Shown here piece by piece: positions 36,467 through 44,865 of a stretch of DNA of 64,000 nucleotides. This DNA is from Rhodothermales bacterium (GTDB taxonomy: Bacteria; Bacteroidota; Rhodothermia; Rhodothermales; Bin80). The stretch is from contig JAAXGT010000180.1 in assembly GCA_012271205.1 (NCBI GenBank), forward strand, positions 505 to 64,504. The letters are read 5' to 3'. Position numbers and translations under genes: made by a program. How positions within the stretch are numbered: the stretch's first letter is position 1; each line of letters opens with the position of its first letter. Below the pieces are notes generated by a model. It ran no database searches. It saw only the letters and a list, made by a program, of their open reading frames with translations, and was not told the DNA's origin.

Positions 36467-39451
36467 CTACCGAACCAAAGTCAGAAAGCCCGAGTGCTGC
36501 TTTGAATCATCCCCGCCCACCACAATGAGACGGTACAGATAATTGCCCGAACTCAGAGGCGTCGTGTCAAGTGTCACGGCGCGGGACCAGCCAGGAGACA
36601 CCTCCTGTGGAGCACGCGTGAGCACTTTGCGTCCCAGCAAATCAAACACTTCAATGGTCACGGTTGCCGGATGCGGCAAATCAAACAGGACGCTCGTCGA
36701 CATATTGAAGGGATTGGGATAATTGCCATGCAGCTCGAACTTCGTTGGCAACACATCTACTTCATCCGTGGCCGTATTAGGCAAACAATTAGGTCCCCCT
36801 ACGAACGTGATATTCTGTAGCCACGTTTGGAATTGTGTATCCAGCGGAGCACAAAGTGCGTTCTGTGTTCCGCCTCTTTGCGAGAACTGAAGCTGATACA
36901 CATTTGTCAGGCTCGTAAATCCCAGAGGTAGTTCACCTGTCAAGCGATTGTTTTGCAAAAATATCACCCCAACCGTCTTCATCTGGGCCAGCTCGGGCGG
37001 AACCGGCCCCGTCAGCTGATTATCGTTCAAACCGAACCAATATATATTGGCCAGTTGGCTAAGTTGAGGGGGTATCGGTCCGTCGAACCGATTATTCTTG
37101 AGATCCAACTGGCTGAGAGCTGTTAGCTGACCTAGTTCTGGAGGTATTGGACCAGACAATTGGTTGGCCGCCAGGCTCAACACCCTTAGCTGTTTGAGCT
37201 GACTTAGTTCTGGAGGTATCGGCCCCGACAATTGGTTGACCAGCAGGCGCAACGCCTCAAGCTTTGTGAGCTGTGCAAGTGCGGGGGGGATTGGACCAGA
37301 TAAATGGTTGCTCGACAACCCCAATTCACGAAGCTCGGATAACTGGCCCAGTTCCTCCACTATTTCTCCCGTTAGCACATTATTACTCAGGTCCAAAAAT
37401 GTAAGGGCGGTCAATTGGCCTAACTCACGTGGTATTGGTCCGCCTGTGTTGTTTTGGCTAAGCTGTAACCGCTTAAGTTCGGTCAGTTGACCCAACTCCG
37501 GTGGTAGCGTGCCAGACAGGTTGTTGCGGCTAAGGTCAAGCTCCACAACACGATCCTGATCCAGGACAGTGCCAAACCATTCTGATACAGGCTGACCCGC
37601 AACAAGCCAGTTGTCCCGGTCTGTCCAATTGGGGCCACCCATAGAATGATAGAGTGCCACGAGTGCCAGCGAATCCGCCTCAGCTATCGGCACGGTCAAC
37701 TCGAATTGCAATTGATCAGGACTGTCAACCAGAGACCCGACCGTAACCGTTGGTATCAGTCGTACCACATTGTCTCTCGTACCTGCAGTAGGTGTGAATT
37801 GAAAGGTTGCGTCACGGCTTTCCCCATGCGCCATACTACCAAGGTCTACACGCTGTGTCTGCCACTGCACGTAATCTCCATCCGCAGAAAGCACTACTTC
37901 GGCCGCACTGGCATCACCGTGATGATTGGTGAAGGTTGCTGTAATGGTAGTCAGATCCCCGATCTCGATGTACTGAGATCCATGCTCGTCATGGTAGGTC
38001 CAGGACGTTACCCGAATCGCAGGCAGTGGCGCTGCCGTAACTGCACTTAGTGCGTCGACCCTGCCGCGTCCCATTTTGCCCTCCAGACCGGGATTCGCTG
38101 CATCAATGTTGGTTGCAGTCAGCCTGATCTGCTCTCGTACCTGATCGGGGCCAAAATGCGGGTAGGCCGTCTTTACCAGCGCAGCCAGACCCGCCACGAT
38201 CGGCACAGCATAAGATGTGCCTCTGCTATGTCCATATGTGTTTCCGGGCCGTGTCACGCGAATTGACTTGCTGGGCGCAAATACATCTACCGTCCGACCA
38301 TAATTGAAAACGTTGGCGTCAGAGTCAGGCTCGGTCCCCCCTACACAAAGCGTCTGGGAATATGAGCAGGGATACCCTGGATGGATGTCCACATCAATAC
38401 CTTTATTCCCAGCAGCAGAGACCACGAGTGTTCCTTCGCTCAACGCTGCCTTAACAGCAAGCCTCAATGTCTCAGAATTCCCATCTCCCCCAAAACTTGC
38501 AGTTATTACATCTGCACCGTTCATGGCGGCATACACAATGCCCTGAGCAGAAGAATCATAGCATTTATGGATATCGCGACAAGAAAAAACAATTTTGACC
38601 GGTATGAATTGTGCATTCCAGCCAGCCCCAGCGATGCCCTCATCGTTGTCAGTAACCGCGGCTGCTACCCCTGCGACCGTTGTGCCGTGCTCGACGGCGT
38701 ACTCTGACCCTTCAGAAGGGTTGGGACTGCCGAGCTCAAAATTCCAGCCATGAACATCATCGACAAAGCCATTGGCATCATCGTCGAGGCCATTGCCTGC
38801 AATTTCACCGGGATTGGTCCATATGTTCGCTCTTAGGTCCGTGTGTCGCCAGGTTGTGCCTCCGTCTACAATGGCGATCACTACAGTGCTGTCAGAGCCC
38901 TTAACTAAATCCCACGCCTCGGGAAATCGCAACCTGTCAAGGTATTGCTGTGAGGCGTAGAGCGGATCGTTGGGCATGATACGAACCCCGAATGTTCTAT
39001 AACGGAATACGGGCTCTGCATAGATTACTTCCGGTAATGATTCAAAATCCCGCGCAATCTGTGCAGGATGGGCCTTGCTGGAATATTCAACGACGTGAAT
39101 ACGCCGCAATGATTCTATGGTCGGAGACAGCTGCCGCCGGGAAGCGATAACTTCGAGACTCGGGAACGCCTTCCTGATCTCGGTCACACTGTATTGCGAT
39201 GCGATCCGGTCAAAGGCGGCAAGTCCGGTCTTGCCGCCTATCGGGGCTACGGTTTCCAGGCTGAATTGTACGTAGACTTTACCTGGAATGACATTGTCTG
39301 TGGTGGCCTCTTCGACATACTGGCCCAGAGCCGGAAAAACAGCACTGGTGCCGAAAAACAGTGCGCAGGTTAGTACCTTCCAATGTCTTGGGGCGCATTG
39401 GAGCCGAAAGTCAGGCAATGCGGCAGAGACAGCACAGGATATGGTGAACAA
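36467..39451 (-). CDS. Secreted subtilisin-like S8 serine protease + nine leucine-rich repeats + T9SS C-terminal sorting domain
   Basis: I9-like propeptide; catalytic 'AIVDGG' (D), 'HGTTVAG' (H) and 'GTSYAVP' (S). Nine 24-aa LRRs. C-terminus 'YPNPFNMSTSVLFDL...GNYLYRL' is a Por/T9SS tail. Confidence 0.85.
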   Translation of the reverse strand: MFTISCAVSAALPDFRLQCAPRHWKVLTCALFFGTSAVFPALGQYVEEATTDNVIPGKVYVQFSLETVAPIGGKTGLAAFDRIASQYSVTEIRKAFPSLEVIASRRQLSPTIESLRRIHVVEYSSKAHPAQIARDFESLPEVIYAEPVFRYRTFGVRIMPNDPLYASQQYLDRLRFPEAWDLVKGSDSTVVIAIVDGGTTWRHTDLRANIWTNPGEIAGNGLDDDANGFVDDVHGWNFELGSPNPSEGSEYAVEHGTTVAGVAAAVTDNDEGIAGAGWNAQFIPVKIVFSCRDIHKCYDSSAQGIVYAAMNGADVITASFGGDGNSETLRLAVKAALSEGTLVVSAAGNKGIDVDIHPGYPCSYSQTLCVGGTEPDSDANVFNYGRTVDVFAPSKSIRVTRPGNTYGHSRGTSYAVPIVAGLAALVKTAYPHFGPDQVREQIRLTATNIDAANPGLEGKMGRGRVDALSAVTAAPLPAIRVTSWTYHDEHGSQYIEIGDLTTITATFTNHHGDASAAEVVLSADGDYVQWQTQRVDLGSMAHGESRDATFQFTPTAGTRDNVVRLIPTVTVGSLVDSPDQLQFELTVPIAEADSLALVALYHSMGGPNWTDRDNWLVAGQPVSEWFGTVLDQDRVVELDLSRNNLSGTLPPELGQLTELKRLQLSQNNTGGPIPRELGQLTALTFLDLSNNVLTGEIVEELGQLSELRELGLSSNHLSGPIPPALAQLTKLEALRLLVNQLSGPIPPELSQLKQLRVLSLAANQLSGPIPPELGQLTALSQLDLKNNRFDGPIPPQLSQLANIYWFGLNDNQLTGPVPPELAQMKTVGVIFLQNNRLTGELPLGFTSLTNVYQLQFSQRGGTQNALCAPLDTQFQTWLQNITFVGGPNCLPNTATDEVDVLPTKFELHGNYPNPFNMSTSVLFDLPHPATVTIEVFDLLGRKVLTRAPQEVSPGWSRAVTLDTTPLSSGNYLYRLIVVGGDDSKQHSGFLTLVR
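36887..37540 (-). repeat. Nine tandem 72-bp (24-codon) LRR units inside the S8 protease gene
   Basis: Units of consensus L-x-L-x-x-N-x-L-S-G-P-I-P-P-E-L-G-Q-L-T-x-L-x-x, read from aa 638-855 of the translation. Confidence 0.8.
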
Positions 39452-39579
39452 GGTGATTGTCTATGAGTGGATAATGGACGTTTGCCGGGTAGTTTAGGAA
39501 AAACTGATTTAATGTCTGCGACAGGTCAGTGCATATAGTTCTGCACATTGGGCGTGTCACCATTGTGGCTTGTTGGTTT

Positions 39580-40443
39580 ATGCATCAGCTCTCGTTTGAA
39601 GACGTTACGTTGTACACGCGCAAGAAGGAGACACGCAAGCGGTTGTTGTCCGCTATGAATAGAGTTATTCCGATCCAGCCATGGAGGATGTGACTACGGT
39701 ACGTGTGTTTGCCCGTGCATCTGATGAGACGGCGATCTGCACGTTCCGCCATTTGTTTGGAACGGCATGCGCTGACGCAGGCGTTTTTTTCTTGGTTCGG
39801 GATCACCTCAAGAAACACGACCTAGTGGTTAGGAAGGGCACGATGGTGGGCACCACGATTATTTCGGCGCCGTCCTCGACGAAAAACAAGTCGGGCGGGC
39901 GGGATATCGAGATTGGAATCCACGAAAAAGGGCAACCTGTGGTCCTTTGATCTGAAGGCCTACATGGGTATGGATGTGACTGGCCTCGTGCACACGGCGG
40001 TTGTGACACCGGCGAATGTGCATGATTCGGCGGTTATAGAGGCGTGTCTGCACGGGGAAGAAGAAGAGATTCACGATGACAAAGCGCAGGTCGTGAGGAC
40101 TGCAAGACTCAGGCGTACGGCAACACATGGCAGGTATCCCGCAAACGGACACCAAGCCGTCAATTGAGTTGCGAAGACCGGGTATTCAATCGTACACGGG
40201 CCAGAGTGGAACATGTATTTGGTGTCGTCAGGCTACCTGTGGAGGTATCGAAACACCCGGTACAGGGGCTTTCGCAAGAATGCGGCCCCGGATTCATACA
40301 CTATTTGCTTGGTCAATCTTGATGCGGTACGCAAGCATTTAGTGACAACTTGGGATTGGTGTGTCCTTGCGGCATGGATAATGCTTCTAGGACACGAAAA
40401 ACAGACTGAAGCTCTAGAATATTACCCCCAACACCATCATTGA
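39580..40443 (+). mobile_element. IS5-family transposase pseudogene (frameshifted, with an internal deletion)
   Basis: 'MHQLSFEDVTLYTRKKETRKRLLSAMNRVIPIQPW', 'GTTIISAPSSTKNKSGGRD', 'MGMDVTGLVHTAVVTPANVHD', 'RARVEHVFGVV' and 'RYRGFRKNAAP...LVNLDAVRKHL' are IS5-type blocks spread over three frames. Confidence 0.7.
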
Positions 40444-40518
40444 TGGACTTCAGGCCAGAAATCTGCTCCGGAAGGCCCATTGATCAGAGCTTTTTAAAAA
40501 TTGACTATCTCAAAAGCA

Positions 40519-40945
40519 CTACACTTTTGTGGATCGCTTCGTCCGGGTTTTGTAGGTGTAGTTGTCTGGTTTGAGTCCCATGATCCGGGCGATCTGCCGC
40601 CGGAACGGGCTCAAGTCCATGTTCTCTTTTAGCAGGATGCACATGTGTTTGCTTCCGGTAATATGGTCGTGATCCGGTGCCACTGGTTGAGTTCGAGCTG
40701 CAGCGTGGATCAGCTGCAGCTCATGCCGTGCGCCTTCAGCTTCGTCCGAATAAGGTGCACCGCGTGATAGGCCAAGACAGACAGGAAGAGGTGGCCCTCA
40801 ATCCTTTCATCCTTGCTATGGCAGATCGACCTGAGCCCCCAACTCTGACTTCAGCAGCGGATGCCAGAAATTTTGGATTCGTTGGCCAAACGGATCCTTG
40901 CAGTGAGATCAAAAAATCCCCGCGTGCCCTTGGCTACGTCCCACA
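40519..40945 (-). mobile_element. IS4-superfamily (IS1634-like) transposase C-terminal fragment
   Basis: My own minus-strand translation gives 'WGLRSICHSKDERIEGHLFLSVLAYHAVHLIRTKLKAHGMSCSWSTLQLELNQWHRITTIL' and then, after a frameshift, 'ENMDLSPFRRQIARIMGLKPDNY'. It contains an in-frame stop and has no N-terminal part. Confidence 0.45.
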
Positions 40946-40949
40946 GTGA

Positions 40950-41141
40950 TCAGCAACACTAGCCGACTTAGTAAAGGCTCATAATGCACTTGACAGAGCA
41001 ATTGACAAGCTGTACGGGCACACGGGCTTTGCTTCCGACAACGACCGGATTATGCACCTGTTCGAGTTGTACCCAAGGCAGGTCTCGCCTCTCACCATCT
41101 GCCGCCAATCCAAGCGGCGGAAGACTCCCCACCCGCATTGA
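40950..41141 (+). pseudogene. C-terminal stub of an MmeI-like (type IIG/IIL) restriction-modification / DNA methyltransferase gene
   Basis: My own translation 'LADLVKAHNALDRAIDKLYGHTGFASDNDRIMHLFELY' matches the conserved C-terminal tail of that family as I remember it. There is nothing upstream of it. Confidence 0.4.
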
Positions 41142-41433
41142 TTCTCAATAAAATGGATTCACGATCCAAAGAGAAACAACAAGAATTCCTGCCAGCGTGG
41201 ACGCGGACTCCTACAGCTAATTCCAAGTACCGCGGCATTTCACTCGTTGAATAAATTCGCAGACTGTCAGGAAGAATGGGCTTCAAATGGATGAGGGTAG
41301 TGACACTAGCGGCGGATAGTAAGGTGACCGATGTTGATGTGCATGACATCGTAGCGGGCAAGGATTGAAGCAACGGATTACAGGGGCGAATCTGTTCAGT
41401 TCTCACGCCTGTGCCCCCGTCTATATAATCGCC

Positions 41434-42354
41434 TTACAAAAAACCCAGACCGGTCAGTCGCTCTGCCAAGCGCCGAAAATCTGCTGGCGTCAGGTTTTGC
41501 AGAGGTGGACGAACCGGACCGCAATCCACACCGAAGAATGACATACAGGCCTTGCTGGCAGCCACATCCCCCACATCATCCAGCGCCTGGCTGAGGCCGG
41601 AAATGGTGGATGAGAGTGTCCTGGCGCGCTTTATGTCACCTGACCAGAAGGACTCCATCATGCGGCGGTAATGCTGGGTGGCAAAATTATACGTGCTGCC
41701 AACGGCTTGCACACCACCAAATGCGAGCGTGCCCAGAATCATTTCACCGACACCGAAATACACATCAAAGCAGCCACTATCGAGGCTTAGGCACGCTTCG
41801 TAGTCTGCGAGACTGCTGTCCACGTACATAAGCCCCCGGAAGTTCGGTATCGCGTCCCGGGCCCTCAATAGAAAGCTGGTTGTTTTGAGACGTACACCTG
41901 TAATGCTCGGCACGTGATAGTAGTAGAATGGGATCTCTGGTGTTGCTTCAGCCACAAACGCGCAGCAGGTTATAAGTGCGTCGATGCTATGGGGTTTAAA
42001 GAAGCTGGGGGCATGCATGACGATCGCATCCGCTCCCTTGTCGGCCGCATGCCTGGCCAATTGGCGTGCTTCTGGGAGGCAGTCGTGACCAACATTCACC
42101 ATAAGAGATTTCAATCCGTTTTTGGCTTCACCCCACGCCTCCACCACAGCCATCCGCTCTTTGGTAGACAGTAACGGACCTTCTCCGTTGGGGCTGCACA
42201 CGACAGCACCGTCTGTGCCACTGCGATGCAGCAGGTTGACCTGTTTCGAAACCATTTTAAGGTTCAGGCCACCGTCTTTCATCATTGGCGTGTGTGCAGC
42301 TGCGATCAGTACCGAGCGGGGCTGCGCCATATCTGATTTGGCAGTCGTATGCAT
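41434..42354 (-). CDS. DHDPS / N-acetylneuraminate-lyase family protein, atypical (catalytic Lys replaced)
   Basis: Strong by-eye similarity to NanA/NPL ('YYYHVPSITG', 'AVGSTYNF'). The position of the Schiff-base Lys ('GLKFSD'/'GALKQTSGD') reads 'GLMYVDSS'. Confidence 0.75.
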   Translation of the reverse strand: MHTTAKSDMAQPRSVLIAAAHTPMMKDGGLNLKMVSKQVNLLHRSGTDGAVVCSPNGEGPLLSTKERMAVVEAWGEAKNGLKSLMVNVGHDCLPEARQLARHAADKGADAIVMHAPSFFKPHSIDALITCCAFVAEATPEIPFYYYHVPSITGVRLKTTSFLLRARDAIPNFRGLMYVDSSLADYEACLSLDSGCFDVYFGVGEMILGTLAFGGVQAVGSTYNFATQHYRRMMESFWSGDIKRARTLSSTISGLSQALDDVGDVAASKACMSFFGVDCGPVRPPLQNLTPADFRRLAERLTGLGFL

Positions 42355-42485
42355 GAGATTGAAGGATTCCTGTTTTAGGTATTAAGGTACTGCAATTCAG
42401 GAGTGTCTTCACGAGATCGGTCTTTGTTCTCGTGAGCCTGATTTTTGTCAGTCAAGCTGGGCCCAATAAGAGAAGCTTATGTTGT

Positions 42486-43862
42486 ATGTTCAGTCAGAGT
42501 TCATCTAACACTGGGATTAACCCCTACCGCGTAACTTCAGATTCGATCTTGGCGGCACCTGAAGATTTTCGGGCCCGTCTCAGGTTTCTCGGACCGGGAT
42601 TTATACTCTCGGCCTCGATTGTAGGCAGCGGCGAGTTGATTGCGACTACGCGGCTCGGTGCGGAAGCAGGCTGGGTCACGCTGTGGGTCATTATCGTTAG
42701 TTGCCTTGTAAAAGTGGCTGTACAGCTGGAGTTCGGACGTAATGCTATTTACTCCGGCCAGACGACCATGGCTGCACTCAACTCATTGCCAGGCCCCAGG
42801 ATCGGGCGTGCGCACTGGTCAGTATGGACGTGGCTGGTGCTTATGATCGTAAAATTGTTGCAGCTTGGGGGTATTGTGGGGGGTACGGCACTCGTTTTGG
42901 CCATGGCGTTGCCAGCTGTGCCGCTTTGGGTTTGGTGTTATGGAGCGGCCATCGCGGTTTCGCTCATCATTTACCGTGGCAGCTACCGCCCGGTGGAGCG
43001 GATTTCACTCGTTTTCATTGGGCTGTTTACGCTGCTGACTCTGGCTTCCGTTTTGGCCGTACAAGCGACGTCGTTCCGCATTGAGGGAGCTGAGCTCCTG
43101 AGTGGGCTCCTGTTCAAACTGCCGCCAGAAGCCGTGCTGGTGGCCATTGGCGCATTCGGTATTACTGGTGTGGGCGGCGACGAAATCATGGGTTACAACT
43201 ACTGGCTATTGGAGAAGGGTTATGCGGCCTATACGGGAGAACGCGACGATTCACCTGCTTGGTCAGTGCGTGCCCAGGGCTGGATACGTGTTATGACCTT
43301 GGACGCACTGTTGTCAATGGTCGTTTACACATTGATGACGGCCGCTTTCTACTTGTTGGGCGCCGCCATACTGCATTCTCAGGGCCTGTTGCCGGAAGGT
43401 ATGGCGCTTGTGGAGACACTTTCCCGGCTGTACACGGAAAGCCTTGGATCATGGGCGGGGGCATTGTTTGTGGCAGGCGCCTTCGTTGTGCTCTTTTCGA
43501 CCTTGTTTGGTGCGTTGGCCTTGTGGACGCGGCTGCTTTCTGATGCGTTTGCCCAGATTGGCTGGCTCAATTTTCAAGATACCAAAGAGCGTCACCGGGC
43601 TATAGCACTCGTGGCTTGGATCGTACCACTCATATGGGCAACGCTCTTTCTCCTTGTGAAGCTACCGGCTATGATGGTGATCATCGGAGGGGTTGCCGGA
43701 ACTGGAATCCTGCTGATTGTGGTAATGGCGGTAGTTTATTTCCGTTATAAGGAGGCCCCGGCCAGCCTGCCGACCACTCTGCGCTACGACTTGATCCTGT
43801 GGATCAGTATCTTGGTTATTGGGCTTGTGGCTCTCTACGGTACGTGGCAGGTGTTGGCTTAG
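42486..43862 (+). CDS. NRAMP-family (MntH-like) divalent metal/solute transporter
   Basis: 'LGPGFILSASIVGSGELIATTRLGAEAGW' N-terminal motif and ~11 hydrophobic helices. ATG 42486 preferred over GTG 42432. Confidence 0.7.
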   Translation: MFSQSSSNTGINPYRVTSDSILAAPEDFRARLRFLGPGFILSASIVGSGELIATTRLGAEAGWVTLWVIIVSCLVKVAVQLEFGRNAIYSGQTTMAALNSLPGPRIGRAHWSVWTWLVLMIVKLLQLGGIVGGTALVLAMALPAVPLWVWCYGAAIAVSLIIYRGSYRPVERISLVFIGLFTLLTLASVLAVQATSFRIEGAELLSGLLFKLPPEAVLVAIGAFGITGVGGDEIMGYNYWLLEKGYAAYTGERDDSPAWSVRAQGWIRVMTLDALLSMVVYTLMTAAFYLLGAAILHSQGLLPEGMALVETLSRLYTESLGSWAGALFVAGAFVVLFSTLFGALALWTRLLSDAFAQIGWLNFQDTKERHRAIALVAWIVPLIWATLFLLVKLPAMMVIIGGVAGTGILLIVVMAVVYFRYKEAPASLPTTLRYDLILWISILVIGLVALYGTWQVLA

Positions 43863-43923
43863 CCCATTCACTAGGGATCGGGCCTTGAGGTGTAGCGTAG
43901 ATTGACGAACGTCATCGGATATA

Positions 43924-43942
43924 CTCACTGTTCGACAGTGAG
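43924..43942 (+). terminator. Perfect 7-bp stem / 5-nt loop hairpin 60 nt downstream of the NRAMP-like gene
   Basis: CTCACTG-ttcga-CAGTGAG. No U-tract follows, so intrinsic-terminator status is doubtful. Confidence 0.2.
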
Positions 43943-44865
43943 CGTGTTCACTCCGCAGGGTTTTCGCGCAATCAGGATGCGTGCCATCGACGATCAAGCG
44001 GGAACCGGCCCGAGGCAGGTGACCAAGCGGCGCATACGACGTAAATCATACGGAGGAAGCGCGTTATGCCGCTTGCTTCCAGGCGTCCATAATTCTGCTG
44101 CTGTGCGAGGGCTGTAGTTCTGAACAGGTTGCGGGCCGACACCGGGTATCAGACAGCGGCATTGACCGATTGGCCGAGTGAATCTCCGCGCAGAGTGCCA
44201 TGCCACAAGTGGCACGGCTGTACGCCTACGAGTGGTTCAAGGGCTTGCTGGCATGCACGCCGTACAGGCTATCTTGTTACGTTGCCTGTGCAGGAGGTGC
44301 GCCACCACTGGGATAGAAAAAGAATCCTCTGCGACCGTGCATGTGAACAACTTCCGAATGTTGTGCTTTTCCAAGGTAGCACGTCCACCCTTTGGCAATC
44401 GCTTGCATGCTCTGGAACGGCCTGCGCGTCGATGGTGTCCTCACGTATGTGGAGTGTGTTCTTGCCTCATCTTGCGGTTTCAGCTCATGGCCCATGCACG
44501 GGGCAGGACCGTTTTTATGAAGTACGGTTGGGGTGGTCCGCTTGATTGTAGGGTTTGGGCACGTGCGACCCGCTCAAAGCCATCGCGATACCAAGCATAC
44601 GCTCGTGGCTGCATGGAGGATACATTTCAGGAATAGTTTGTGGAGCGTGTGAATCTTGTTCACCGTTCGACCACGAAACTTCTTGACTGTCGTGACACTA
44701 CTTTGAGGTAAGCGATAGCAAAAGCCTCAAGAGACCCTGTTTCGGAGACAGAATTTGTAGCAGTGCCTGTGAAGTATTGGGAACCAAGTCTGGTGTATGC
44801 GTAATTCTGTCTGTGAATAACTAAGTATTTCGACAAGATACCGTGCAACTTGCTTTTTCGGCGAC

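Noticed and set aside
36887-37540. 72-bp periodic DNA repeats, considered as a CRISPR-like or satellite array
   Set aside because: The units are contiguous with no spacers, in frame, and encode canonical LRRs within a long ORF.
40677-40949. 90-aa plus-strand ORF
   Set aside because: It is antisense to the much better-supported IS4/IS1634-like transposase fragment and has no motif of its own.
41092-41406. 104-aa minus-strand ORF between the R-M stub and the NAL-like gene
   Set aside because: It has no motif, unusual composition, and overlaps the end of the R-M stub. It is probably non-coding debris.
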